Assembly (NCBI GenBank): GCA_964016885.1
Contig: OZ024748.1
Span: forward strand, 5,766,001-5,830,000
Length of the DNA stretch: 64,000 bases
Direction: 5' to 3'
DNA from: Eledone cirrhosa
Lineage: Eukaryota
Shown in pieces: positions 14,389 through 29,405 of this stretch. The notes beneath the pieces are model-generated. The model saw nothing but the letters and a program-made list of their open reading frames with translations, ran no database searches and was not told the origin of the DNA. Position 1 is the first letter of the stretch, and each line of letters starts with the position of its first letter. A program made the translations under genes and the position numbers.

Positions 14389-14572
14389 CTAATAAATGTG
14401 AAGACTAAAATCCGAAGAGGACTGGATAAGGATAAATATATATCAAATATATAACAACCATAGAGTAAATATTTATGAAAATAACAGATTAAAGTTTAAG
14501 CAAAGAATTGCTGCTTTCACCCTTATATATATATATATATATATATGTGCGTGTGTATATATATATGTTTAT

Positions 14573-14608
<36 letters not shown>

Positions 14609-14646
14609 GCATATATAAACATTAACATTTGTTTGTGTTTGTGAGA

Positions 14647-14731
<85 letters not shown>

Positions 14732-15116
14732 GTATATAAATATATATAAACATGTATAGAAATATCTACAAACATGACTGTCTGTCTCTCTGCCTGTGTA
14801 ACTGTGTATGTATATAATATATTTCTTAATATTTCCTTCTTATAGAAACTAAACTCAGTATATTTTGTACACGGACAACACATCTACACACCACTATCAC
14901 AAAATATGTTCAAAACACCTAACTACATTGGTTCTACGCCTCACCAACACACCACTCCACCATTCACTATATTTGGCTCTGGTTGTGCCATTTCAACCAT
15001 TGACTAACAGAAACACTTCTGGCATCACTAAAAACCAACAAAGCTAATGATGCAAACTCAATACTGCCAAACAGACATGCAAGCATTCACGCACACATAT
15101 GTGTATACTTGTCGCA

Positions 15117-15149
<33 letters not shown>

Positions 15150-15193
15150 TTCTATGAGTTGGTTAATACACACACCCATACACACACACACAC

Positions 15194-15224
<31 letters not shown>

Positions 15225-15251
15225 GATACGACACGTATACACATATGGTGC

Positions 15252-15313
<62 letters not shown>

Positions 15314-15453
15314 TACTCATTTAATATACATACATATATAGAGATGCGAATATCTATCTATCTGTCTATCTAGCTTTCTACATATCTATTTATCTCACTC
15401 TCTCTCTCACTCTCTGTCTCTCTCTGCATATATATATATATATGCATGCACTC

Positions 15454-15484
<31 letters not shown>

Positions 15485-15682
15485 TTAAAGAGAACACACA
15501 CACACACATTGCCATTCACATACACACATGTTCTGATCCGGCAGCATTTTGTGGGGAAACTATCTCAAAGTTCATTCATTTGTCCAAAATATTTTACCGT
15601 TTCAACCCAACTCTTCCCAAACGAAGCACAACGATGGAAATCATGGTTCTCGAAGCATTTCTTCTACGTCATTGGTGTCTAA

Positions 15683-16075
15683 GTGGTGGTGATGATGATT
15701 TTGGTGGTGGTGATGATGATTGTGGTGGTGGTGGTGCTAGTTGTGGTGGTGTTGGAAGTGGTGGTGGTGGTGATGGTGGTGGTGGTGCCGGTTATAATGG
15801 TGGATATTGTGGTGGTCGTAGTTGTGTTGGTGATGGTTGAGATACTAGAGATTATGATGATGATGATGATAGTGGTAATGGTGTTGGTAGTGATTGTGGT
15901 GCAGGTGATAGTGTTGGGGGGTGTTTCTATTACTGGTAGAGGTTTTGGTGTCATTGATGGTGTTAATTGTGATTGTGATGATTATGATAGCTGTGGTGTT
16001 GATGGTAGTGGTGACTCTCTATTTTTGACAATATTGGTTGTGATTATGGCTGTTTTGGTGGTGGGGTGGGTGTGA
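15683..16075. repeat. Degenerate (GGT/GAT)n trinucleotide tract
   Basis: Direct inspection. Confidence 0.85.
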
Positions 16076-16528
16076 TAGTTTTTGCAAGGGTGGGGAGCAT
16101 TTTTAGTTTCAAGGACAATAGAATGAAATACATACAAATAAACATCTTTCAACATTAGAGAAAGAATAACAAAACGAAAGAAAGAAAAGAACGAAAAAAA
16201 AGAAAGAAAACAAAGAAAGAAAGAAAAAAGAAAAAAGGAAAGAAAAGAAAGCAAGAATTAGAAGAAAGAATCCTTCATTTGGTGTAGAATTTTAATTTTG
16301 ATATCGAATTTGTTTCGTGTCGTAAACCGTACATACATAGTGACAAACAAAACATGTAACCACACACTATACAAACACACATGAGAACGTGTAATCTCAC
16401 GCACACACATTTACAAATATACACACAATATCAAACCCACTCACACTCATACACATACCACACAAGAGCTCACACATCTTCACATACACGCACATTCACA
16501 CAAACAAATACGCACACACAAACACACA

Positions 16529-16895
<367 letters not shown>

Positions 16896-17001
16896 GTATG
16901 TATACGCACATACATATATGTATAACAGCCGTACTAAGAGTGGGAAATGAAATTTCGTTTCATTTTTTCCGTTTATATATATATATATAAATATATACAC
17001 A

Positions 17002-17041
<40 letters not shown>

Positions 17042-17235
17042 TAATTGCCAACAATTCTCTTCTCCTCCCTAAACTCTCCTCACCATTCGTTGTTAGAATG
17101 AAAAGGACTTAACTACGAAACTAAACATACTTCAACTTTGTTGGCGAAAACAACGCAGTATTCTTCGTTCCCAGAATGCATCATTATCTGGCTCTTGTTC
17201 AGTGATCACCAATATAAGTTTTCCACTAAAATAAT

Positions 17236-17329
17236 TCACGTGACCTCCTTCCTTACATCAACACACAATTGGCCAAGAAGATAGAGACGATGCGTTTGAC
17301 CGGAAGTGCCGTGACGATGTATATAAAAG
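17236..17329 (+). promoter_or_regulatory. Candidate Pol II promoter motif cluster
   Basis: TCACGTGAC E-box (17236), ATTGG (17268), CCGGAAGTG ETS site (17300) and TATATAAAAG (17320), in order within ~95 bp of unique sequence. No downstream exon identified. Confidence 0.3.
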
Positions 17330-17446
17330 TCCAAGAAACTGGACAGAATACTGTTCGAATGTCTTTAACATATTCACCAAAGTGGAAACGAAAGTTTTTC
17401 CACACCACCTTTTCAATGTTAGCCAAAAATGTTTGTGAGCTTTCGT

Positions 17447-17449
17447 TAC

Positions 17450-17481
<32 letters not shown>

Positions 17482-17553
17482 TTGTTGGTCAGGCTGTCGT
17501 TGATGATGATAATGATGTTGATTGTGAAGTTGATGGTGATTATGATTATGATT

Positions 17554-17595
<42 letters not shown>

Positions 17596-17910
17596 GTGAT
17601 TATGATGATGATGTTGATGGTGATTATGGTGATGATGTTGATGGTGATTATGATGATGATGATGATGATGATGATGTTGATGGTGATTATGGTGATGATG
17701 ATGGTGATTATGATGATGATGATGATGATGATGTTGATGGTGATTATGATAATAGTTTAGCTACGGCTGCTGTCTTCCATCATCATAATCGTCGTCATCA
17801 CCATCGTCTGAATGTTCCCCTTCCTCAACTTTCTCCTCCCCTTCCTCCTCATCCTCCCCACCGCCAACAACACCACCACCAACATCATCATCATCATCAT
17901 CATCATCATC
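17447..17910. repeat. (CTG)n/(GAT)n/(ATC)n trinucleotide tracts
   Basis: Direct inspection. Confidence 0.9.
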
Positions 17911-18399
17911 GAGACCAACACGGGGTTTTTCTTGATACGTTATACATATACGCAAATCTACACAAGAATGTTCATACATAGACACACACAAACACTCACA
18001 CACACAAACAATCACTCACACACACACACACATATATATATATATACATATATGTATATACATATATATATATATATATATACATAAATACATACAGATA
18101 TACGTACGTACATGTATGCATACATACATACACGCGTATTAACGTACCCATACATGCATAGATTCATAGACAAACATGCCTAGACACATACATATTTACA
18201 TACGTATATGCTTACATACATACATACAAAGATACGTATATTCTTCCATACATGGATAGATAGATAGATACATACGTATATGCTTCCATAGACACATACA
18301 TACGTATATGCTTACATACATATGTATATGCTTACATACATACATACGTATATGCGTACATACATACGTATATGCATACCTACATACATACGTATATGC

Positions 18400-18430
<31 letters not shown>

Positions 18431-19147
18431 CATACATACATACATACATACATACATACATACATACGTATATGCATACATACATAGATAGATACATACA
18501 TACGTATATGCTTCCATACATACATACATTGAAACATCCATATTGCTGTTTAAATTGACTAACTGACCCAATCAACTATGTGAAAAAGAAAATACAGCAC
18601 TAATTTTTATGGTATCACAAAAGGACCACAGAATTCTCTAGAGAAAGTGGGGGAAGGTTCGGATTGTTGCCAAAAAACTTTAATGCCAAACTTCTATCGA
18701 TTGAGGGCGTTTTGCTGCTGCTTAGTTCCACTTCGCTGATTGGAAAAACAAAATACATTTGAGCGGTCGATTCACTTCAATCGTCAAATTCCTATACCGA
18801 ACTTTATTTTTCGGAAGATCAAGAAAATGACGGCCAAATAAGTTGCCAGTGGAGGACATCTTGTAAATTGGCTCAACTTTAAAAACATTTGGCCATAAAA
18901 ATTTAAAGAACATTTGGCCGCCAACGTTCTTAATGTTGTAGTTGTTGTTGTTGATGATGATAATGATTTCTTCTTCTTCGTCTTCATCTTCTTTTATTTA
19001 TTTGTTTTTATTTTGCTTATATATTTGAGGGGTAGAAAGAGGAGGAGAATAAGCGAATGAGAAGAAGGAAAGTGTTTGAAAAAGACCTGAAGTAGGGTTT
19101 CTAATGTTATCGAAATGCCCCTAGTTCTAAACCGGCGAATTTCTAAC

Positions 19148-19297
<150 letters not shown>

Positions 19298-19702
19298 GTG
19301 TGTGTGTGTATTGATATATACACATATATATATGTATACATACATATACATAAAGGAAGTGAGAAGTATGATTTTATATATATGCATTGTCCATATATTC
19401 AAATATTTTCGTATATATATATAAAAACACATATATATATAGACATGCGGAAACAACACAAGTGAGCATAAGAATTGCGTAATGTTAGAATTTGAACTAT
19501 GGTCATTAATATATTACATGTTTTAATGATGGAACTGGACTCCTGTTATCATCGGGAAATGTCTCTCTCGCTCTCTCTCATTAAGTATATATATACACAA
19601 ACAAATATATAAACATATAAACATATATATATATACATATATATATACATAAATATATATATATATATATATGCTTACACAAATACACATATATGTGTGT
19701 GT

Positions 19703-19738
<36 letters not shown>

Positions 19739-20362
19739 GTGTCTGTGTGTGTGTGTAAATATCTGTGTGTATAGGGTTTTAATTTTTCAAGCGAATAGAT
19801 AAGCTTAAGTGAGAGGAAATTGGCTTTAACTGGCAATCAATGCTTCTCTTCCTGAGTGGAATCACCGTCGACTTACCTCTTGTTCAACAGTGCATACTTC
19901 ACTGGTTGAAGGATAATTAATCAAAATAAATAGAATTTGTTGACGAAATCGGTAAGGATCAATAGTAATTGAAGAGCTTTTGATATCATCAATCTGTATT
20001 CACGTGTTTATTTACCCCACCGACATATACCCTACCAATTTACTATTCCCTACGGCCGAAAAAGGCGTTTCAATACTGAACTAAAATGGCGGATTTTGTT
20101 TGTTGATATGCTAATTAATTGACGGCTTACCCTCTTTGTCTTCTTATCTGTGCGTGGGTCTCTATCTTTCTAACTACATTGAACACTTCCATCCCCCAGT
20201 GCCCTTATGCTTTCACCTAACACTTACAAATCTCTGGCTGAATGCTACCATTCACAGTAAAGTATATTTTCAATTTTCTCGCGTCCATGTTGAAGTATTT
20301 AGGCCTGCAAACTAATTAGTGATTCTACCTTGATCTGTTAATGTCGACATATGGATAGACAA

Positions 20363-20425
<63 letters not shown>

Positions 20426-20965
20426 ATTACAAATGAATCTAACAAAATTAATGATGTGGTCAAGGACCCTTTGTTTAACTAAGCGATTTATATGTAATAT
20501 CTTCGATTAAAGCTTATCACTTATATAAATTTGTTTAGAGGATTAAAATCTATGAGCCTATCATTTCAAGGAATATTATAAACCTGTAGTATTGATTTAA
20601 TATAATATTATGTATAACAAGAGGTCATTGTTTGACAGTGTCGTTAGATTAGTTGACAAAATTATATTCTATGTCTATTTGCGTGAAATAACTTTGTGGG
20701 ATCGATTTCCACTGTTTTACTCTTTAAATTTTCTCTTTTGTGATTGGTTAGGTGCAGTGCCCCTTACTGCTGCATTAGTGCGGCAGAAACTCGAGTCGGT
20801 CGAGTCGGTCCGTGAACCATTATAAGGACCCGTTTTACGTGTGTTGTGTTGAAGCAAATAACTTTGTGTATACTCTGGGAATGTATCTTATATTTCCTAT
20901 TGAGTACGCTGAGATACTACCGGTACTAGCATTGATAAATATGGTGGGTCCGTCAACTTCTTATT

Positions 20966-21088
<123 letters not shown>

Positions 21089-21676
21089 CATATATATGAG
21101 TGTGTGTGTGAGAGAGAGAGAGAGAAACAGACAAAGAGACGAATACAAATATATACCCAGGCTCACACACACACACACACACGCATATACACACTCACAC
21201 ACGCACACATACGCAAACAGACACTCACACGCAGATATATTACAAGTTATATATGAATGAAAACAAACCACCAGTACATATGATCAGAGAGATTCATCTG
21301 AAACTTCTTTCTTCACAAAATATCATGTACCTGCATATATTTCACTTAAATATATGCTGACAACATGTCATATTCTCTTCATGTCAATACAACCATACAT
21401 CTGAACAATCAACCAACAAAATCTATGTGATCCAAGATTTTTACTTTACTTTACATCTTCTAAATAATTGTAAACTTTCCCATTGTTATTATTTACTTCT
21501 GGAATCTTCCTTCTGGAATCTTCTGTCCCCTCTCTGTCTCCCTCATACATCGTTTATACGCTTACAAAAAAATAAAAACAATTATTATGAAGATGTAATA
21601 GATTTTTTTATTTTTTGTCCTTGAAATTCGAAAAATCGACACAGATTGTAAAGGTACAATAATGGTTTTCTCACAA

Positions 21677-21709
<33 letters not shown>

Positions 21710-21887
21710 TGTGTATATCTATTAGATTCTGTTTGAAATATTACGATTACATAATCGGTAAAATCCTTTAGAGAGAAATACATTTTGAATAATAAAAATA
21801 AACATTTTAAATAAGAGGAATATATTCAGCTATAAATCAAACGTAAATGGTTGGTCATCAAAAGCTTATCATACAACATATATGTGA

Positions 21888-22018
<131 letters not shown>

Positions 22019-22218
22019 ATATAAAACATTGATTGCCCAACAAATTAACTATAGAGATATACAAGATACAGAAGCGAAAACCAACCAAACAGTGAGTGTG
22101 TTCTGTTATTATTTCTGCCAATATTACAACAAATGACCCTCCCAAGTATAACAATATATATACATATATATATATATATGAATGAATATATATATATACA
22201 TATATATATATGAATGAA

Positions 22219-22262
<44 letters not shown>

Positions 22263-22348
22263 GTAGGAGGTGAGTTTTATTGTAGTACAATAAAGCAATG
22301 CAGATATCGGATAAGAAGCACTCTACAGTTTGTGGGACTGGAGTATGC

Positions 22349-22539
22349 ATAATATAAGATCAAAAGATGGTTAAAGGAGTTCCATATATTTTATTATGCG
22401 CATTTCAAAAACAAACATCATCAAACAATAATATTTGTGTTTTTATCTGATGAAAACACAAATATTATTGTTTGATGATGTTTGTTTTTGAAATGCGCAT
22501 AATAAAATATATGGAACTCCTTTAACCATCTTTTGATCT

Positions 22540-22547
<8 letters not shown>
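22349..22547. mobile_element. ~200-bp near-perfect palindrome (family D) centred on an HHR core
   Basis: Arms are reverse complements except for one mismatch near the apex. Centre at 22448 lies inside CTGATGA. Right end runs into (TA)n. Confidence 0.85.
22441..22507 (+). ncRNA. Complete type I hammerhead ribozyme
   Basis: TTTTAT-CTGATGA-AAAC-ACAAATATTATT(GTTT)GATGATGTTTGT-TTTT-GAAA-TGCGCA-TA^ATAAAA: 6-bp stem I, long stem II, palindromic ATGCGCAT stem III, AUA cleavage triplet (cut predicted after 22501). Confidence 0.85.
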
Positions 22548-22610
<63 letters not shown>

Positions 22611-22871
22611 TTCATATATATATATATGTATATATATTGTTATATATATATGTGTGTGTGTGTGTGTGCGGACGTGTGGGTTTGTATAAATAAATAAATA
22701 CATGTTTTTTTTTTTATATAGTTAATGATGCGGATATGCTTCTGTCTGTATTTAAACGTGTGTATATTATGAGAACACATTGATGAGTATAAAGTTTACA
22801 CATGTGTACATCTGTTTATACTTCTGCTCAGCTTGAAATCCCCTTTCGACTCTTTTGTTATGTGTATTACA

Positions 22872-22921
22872 TCATATCTTATACAATACGATGTATATAC
22901 ATCGTATTGTATAAGATATGA
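22872..22921. repeat. Perfect 50-bp palindrome with no spacer
   Basis: TCATATCTTATACAATACGATGTAT|ATACATCGTATTGTATAAGATATGA. Confidence 0.9.
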
Positions 22922-23235
22922 GATTCAGATGAAAGTGGGTACCCCAGGCAAAAAAAAAGAGATGAAAAAAAAAAAAGACTAAGAATTCTCGGGGAGGACA
23001 AAATACATACAGACATATATATACATATATATATATATTTATGTGTGTGTGGGTGTATATATATATATAAGTGTGTGTGTCTCTATATACATATGTCGTG
23101 TTATATTATGCATTTATACAAGAAATTGTAACCATATTTCCTACTCCCTCTATTCAACACTTGACAATGTCTTGCTATATCATCATCCAAGTTGTCACAA
23201 AAAGCAATATTACTTTCATATATTTACATCGAACC

Positions 23236-23272
<37 letters not shown>

Positions 23273-23637
23273 ACATATTATTATGTCAAATACATGAGAC
23301 TTTCGTTCAAGCTGTGCACACACTTTGAATACAAATATATTTCATGTATATCATACATATGCATGTATATATGCAGTTACCATTGTTGCTGCGTTCCATG
23401 TTGAAACGCTGGAGTTAGGTCTTGACTTGTAGATGTATATCTTCTTCATATCACGAGAATAATGATGGTGTGGCTGTGTCCCATAGAGGGTTGAATGAAG
23501 GAGGTCGTTGATGTACTTATGTGTTCAGAAAGATAACTTACTTTCAAAAACACACACACACACATATCTATCTATCTATCTATCTATCAATCTCCCTCTC
23601 TCTCTCCCCCTCCCTCTCTCTCTCTCTCTCTCTCTCA

Positions 23638-23678
<41 letters not shown>

Positions 23679-23680
<2 letters not shown>

Positions 23681-23875
23681 ACAAAGGAATTGTGGTAAGC
23701 AACCAGATGGACCATAACGCACCAGAGTACTCAATATTTAGGGTAGTAGAGTGAGAAATAGGAAAAAGTAAGACCCCGACAGCAGAGCTCAAGCCGTTTC
23801 GACGGCTATTTCTATAGTCCAGAAATAGCCGTCGAAACGGCTTGAGCTCTGCCGTCGGGGTCTTACTTTTCCTAT
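23679..23875. mobile_element. Family C fold-back element in (TA)n
   Basis: Long arm plus a truncated inverted arm. Palindrome 23758-23875 with loop ATAGTCC at 23814-23820. (TA)n on both sides. Confidence 0.85.
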
Positions 23876-24713
23876 ATATATATACATATATCATAACAAT
23901 TGTCCTCATAATTATCATTTAAATTCAACTTTCCTTGATGTAGGGTAGTGTATATACATACGCATACATTCACACACAAACACACACACATATATATATA
24001 CGACACACGTATGTGTAAAAACATCCACAATAAGGGAATATTCCGCTGCTTCTGAGCTCCAGGAAAAAACATACTTATAAACCTAATCAATCATAGCCAT
24101 CATATTCTTTATCACCTCTACAGGCTTTATTTTACGATGTGTTGCTTAGCATCAAATTCTTTCTCACCCTCCTCCGAATAAAACAACAAAACAAAATATA
24201 TAAATACCCCCCCCCCCCCCCCATCCCACCTACCTCCCCAATAAAAACGCATCATGGAACAAAGCCAAAATTAAAATAAAACAACACCTTGAGCACCTTC
24301 TTCAAACATTATCTGGACAAATTCCAGAGAAAAATATCTGTCAAAGCATGTCACACCTGGTTACGTTTCCACTGACGATAGCTTCACGCTTGAATGACTG
24401 GTCGGTCGATGGAGAAGACGACATTCCAGATTCACATTTCGCAGTCATTAACCAGATGATGTAATTATGGTAGATTTGACCTAGGTCAGCACTGGCCAAA
24501 ATTTATCAAAAAATACAGGATTCCGCTAGAAAGCTTAAGCAACTCAAAATGCGGAAACCTTAAACAACTCAAAATGCAAGTAATGGGAGGATCGATTCGT
24601 GAAAAAATATCACGCAAATATACTTTTGTTAATTAATAGATATACTAGATCAGGTAGTAAAATATATATATAAAAAAATCAGGGTGGTGTTGGGTGGTTT
24701 TTATATATATATA

Positions 24714-24783
24714 AGGGCGTCCAACAAAAAATATACACACGCTTCTAATCATCGTGTGTAGATCTTATATATTTTGTGGGGAC

Positions 24784-24788
<5 letters not shown>
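24714..24788. mobile_element. Tiny Tc1/mariner-type MITE
   Basis: TIRs AGGGCGTCCAACAAAA / TTTTGTGGGACACCCT (CAGGGTGTCCCA-like), flanked by TA. Confidence 0.6.
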
Positions 24789-24857
<69 letters not shown>

Positions 24858-24989
24858 GAGGATAACATGACTCAGTCATGTTTTACCAGAAGTTAAACGG
24901 CACCAAAATAAAAACACATTCACCATATATCATTATTCACTACACTTTCAAAAATTTCACCATTCAAACATCGTTATATTTCACAAAAG

Positions 24990-25062
<73 letters not shown>

Positions 25063-25286
25063 GTGTATATATATATATTTCCTTACATATATACTGATAT
25101 ATTCACATGTGGTTATGAGCATGTATCAGGTAGCACACTCAAGAAATAAAAAAAATTAAATCCGTACCTATATATTGAAGAATTCTAGCAATATATAGAA
25201 TCAATCACCATAGAAACGGATGATGTTAAATAACATACTGCAAGCTAAAGAAGGTTCTATGTTGTTAGCTGATTGTATACGCATCG

Positions 25287-25423
<137 letters not shown>

Positions 25424-25472
25424 AATATATATATATAAATATATATATATATAAATATATATATATATAAAT

Positions 25473-25525
<53 letters not shown>

Positions 25526-25595
25526 TATATATATATAAATATATATATAAATATATATATATATATATGAATATATATATATATATATATATATA

Positions 25596-25737
<142 letters not shown>

Positions 25738-25875
25738 TATCATTATATCTCTGTGGTATTTACAATGATATTGTATCCTGTTTTGGGGGGTTTGGGGAGA
25801 AAAATTCATAATTGAATGGAATGAATAGTTTCTCTGCACGATATATGCTATGTTCAGATATCTATTTATCTATCT

Positions 25876-25931
<56 letters not shown>

Positions 25932-25982
25932 AGTATAGAAAGTATTGTAGCAAGAAGCCAACAGTATTCCATAATATATATA

Positions 25983-26015
<33 letters not shown>

Positions 26016-26149
26016 ATATTTATTCATATACCAAATTACCAAATTAAGAAATGGAGTTAAAGACTCATATCTCTGCGTACACTTCTCTCTATATGCTGAT
26101 ATATATATATACGTGAGTCCCAGTACACTTCTCTCTCTATATATATATA

Positions 26150-26298
26150 CGTGAGTCCCAGATTCAATCGGGTTATGACTCAGTAAGTAACGTACACAAT
26201 ACAGCGTGGCAACATCAAATTTAATATAGAAATGTCTTCTACACGACTAGAACGATTTCATTCAAAATAAATCACCAGGAAAGCTTTCCTGATGATTT
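26150..26298 (-). mobile_element. Family F pLTR-like element with degenerate HHR, ending in a 30-bp palindrome
   Basis: Homologous to 26403-26530. Minus strand CTGGTGA-TTTATTTTGAAT-GAAATCGTTC. Palindrome AAATCACCAGGAAAG|CTTTCCTGATGATTT at 26269-26298. Confidence 0.55.
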
Positions 26299-26338
26299 CT
26301 ATATATTTTTATATATATATATATATATGATTTCTATA

Positions 26339-26402
<64 letters not shown>

Positions 26403-26403
<1 letters not shown>

Positions 26404-26528
26404 GTTATTCCGGGTTGAATCGGAGGTAACCACAGTAAGTAAGGTACTCAATACATAGCAGAGTATAAAAGTTTTAATATAGATGAGATTCTACAGGACT
26501 AGAACTGTTTCATTCATTAGAAATCATC

Positions 26529-26530
<2 letters not shown>
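26403..26530 (-). mobile_element. Family F element in (TA)n with HHR core at 26499-26530
   Basis: Minus strand CTGATGA-T-TTC(TAAT)GAA-T-GAAACAGTT-CTAG. The element boundary is exactly at the CTGATGA. Related fragment at ~36385-36430. Confidence 0.65.
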
Positions 26531-26571
<41 letters not shown>

Positions 26572-27284
26572 TGATATTTATATATATATGTGTGTGTGTG
26601 TGAATTTGCGCGCACATGTGTGCAAGCATTTGTTTATACCGGTATATAATATAAATGATTCATTCATTCATTCATTGAATGATCCATTGTATGAGCGACT
26701 AAATACGTAACTGACTAAAGATCTGTGTGATCGTTTTATTAATAGATTGATTGATTGATTGGTAGTGTGATAGACTGAACAAATCGATAAATGATCCAAT
26801 ATGTGTGTTTGTGTGAGATTAATGAATGAGTGCTTGAGCAAGATTGAGCAATATAAGGGACTATGTATGGATGAGGAATGTTGAAACAGGATGATAAAGA
26901 ATCGTATAAAAATGTAGCATGGCTCCTGTATGTGTAAGATAAATTTATAAACAAACTAACAGGCAGACAAACAAACCAAAAAACATGGCTGTCTACCCAT
27001 ACGGCATCTTTATAAAACTACATCATTCATCTTCACCACACACACATGCAGTAGTCATATTCTGCCGGTTCCATCAGCCAAGCTTCGCTACTCTTGCAGC
27101 CCTCTACCACTCATAGACGACACGCCCCATTGACTATATATACAAATATATACACACGTGCACACATGCCCCCCACCCCCCACCCTGTCTCTCAATAGCT
27201 CTCTCTCACTAGCTATATCCCGCTCCCCACTACTACAATGTCTATTTATATCATATAGCTATTTATTTCTTTTACTCTATCGCT

Positions 27285-27343
<59 letters not shown>

Positions 27344-27516
27344 TATATGTGTGTGTGTGTGTGTGTCTGTGTGTGTGTGTGTATTGCCTGAGGACTTTCT
27401 GCGTGGCCAGGTAAGTCACCATAGTAACAAGACATATCACTTAGCCGTAATAAAGCATATATATATATAGGAATATCCTTAATAAATTTGTAGCTCTGTC
27501 GTGTTTTCAACATATA

Positions 27517-27665
<149 letters not shown>

Positions 27666-28659
27666 GCATATATATTACGGGGACAATTAGTAGTGAATAT
27701 ATATAATGTTTATTTCATATTCATATAGAAATCACTTCCATGTGTGATGTATGTTTGTATATACCTGCAAATCCATATATATATATACATACATTCATAA
27801 ATATATACATGCATGTGTACATACACCCATACATACGTTTATTCAAATAGCTAAAAATAGTAAAAATAGTAAAACCGGAAAACACAAATATACAAAAACA
27901 AAGAAGAGACATATAACACAAAGAAACAACCTGAAAACGTGTCCTAGTTCTAGAAAGAACAAAGAGGAGATAACCTTGATTCAACTGGGTTAATTAATAG
28001 TGTTAAGTCTGTGTGAAGGGAACAATTAGACGAAACTATTTCATCAATATTATTAATTGCTCTATTTTTATCATTTATTCACTTGATATATGGGGGCGTA
28101 TGTGCCTCCCTGTGTGTTTGTGTGTGTGTGGATGAATGTTTTGAGTGTGTGAGTCTGTGTGAAAACGCGTGTGTCAGTGTGTGTGTGTGTGTGTGTGTGC
28201 GAGCTTGTATGTAAATGTGTGTATGGATGTATGTATATGTGGGAGAGAGAGAGAGTGAGCTTGTGTGTAAACATGTGTGTGTATCAGCAGAACGAAATCA
28301 TCAGCTGGAACAGACAGACATACGATGGAAATTAGCATATGTACGGGTGTGTGTATCTGTATATGTGTCTGTATCTGTGTAACTATAAAATGTATATATA
28401 CATTGTATATATGTATATGACTTGTATACGTATATATTTATGAAAGTGTGTATTGTTATATGTATATTCCATGTGTTGTAAGTATGTGTCTCTGAGTCTG
28501 TGTTCATTATTAAAAGTACATAAACATTACACACACGCACACACACACACACTACTACATACACACATATATATGTGTGTATGTACGGTTAATTGGGCAC
28601 ATTGTTGAATATGTACGTATATGTATTGATACAAAATTATTTGTTTTATTAAATATTGG

Positions 28660-28734
<75 letters not shown>

Positions 28735-28742
28735 ATATATGT

Positions 28743-28790
<48 letters not shown>

Positions 28791-28946
28791 ATATATATGT
28801 ATATATGGTTATGTGTCTCAGTCTGTAAGTGTACTTTATTCTAACATCCAATCCAACAAAATCATTTCTAGGAACCCCCAAAAATCTCTTCCTTCATTTT
28901 TCCTCGCTATCAACCCCTGTATATATATGTGTATATATATATGTGT

Positions 28947-28987
<41 letters not shown>

Positions 28988-29279
28988 TAAACACATATGC
29001 TATAGACTTGTAGTATTATGCATGAATGTGTGTATGTATATCATTTATGAGTATATATATATATATATACATATGTGTGTGTGTATGTATATTGGTATGT
29101 TTTCGTTTTCTTTTCCCATTTACAATAATAATAATAATAACAAAAATAAATTATTTATTTATTTAGTAAGATATTCATTTATTTATTTAATTATTGAAGA
29201 ATAGAAATTATTTCTAAATAACAGTGTAAGGAGAGAAGATAATGATTTCATGTTTATAATATTGGAAGAGAGCCACAAT

Positions 29280-29405
29280 GTTGAATTGGTAGAAGGGGTA
29301 GTGGTATAGAGGAATAGTCGATTTCAAATAGACGACCTTAGCTTTATCGACCCCGGAAGGATGTGAGATGAAAGACCATATCGACCTCAGTCAGATTTGA
29401 ACTAA
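29280..29405 (-). mobile_element. Degenerate S1-related SINE
   Basis: TTTATCGACCCCGGAAGGATG..TCGACCTCAGTCAGATTTGAACT. Confidence 0.55.

Noticed and set aside
27401-27416. Perfect CAG|GTAAGT splice donor
   Set aside because: No acceptor or plausible exon upstream; it follows a (TG)n tract directly.
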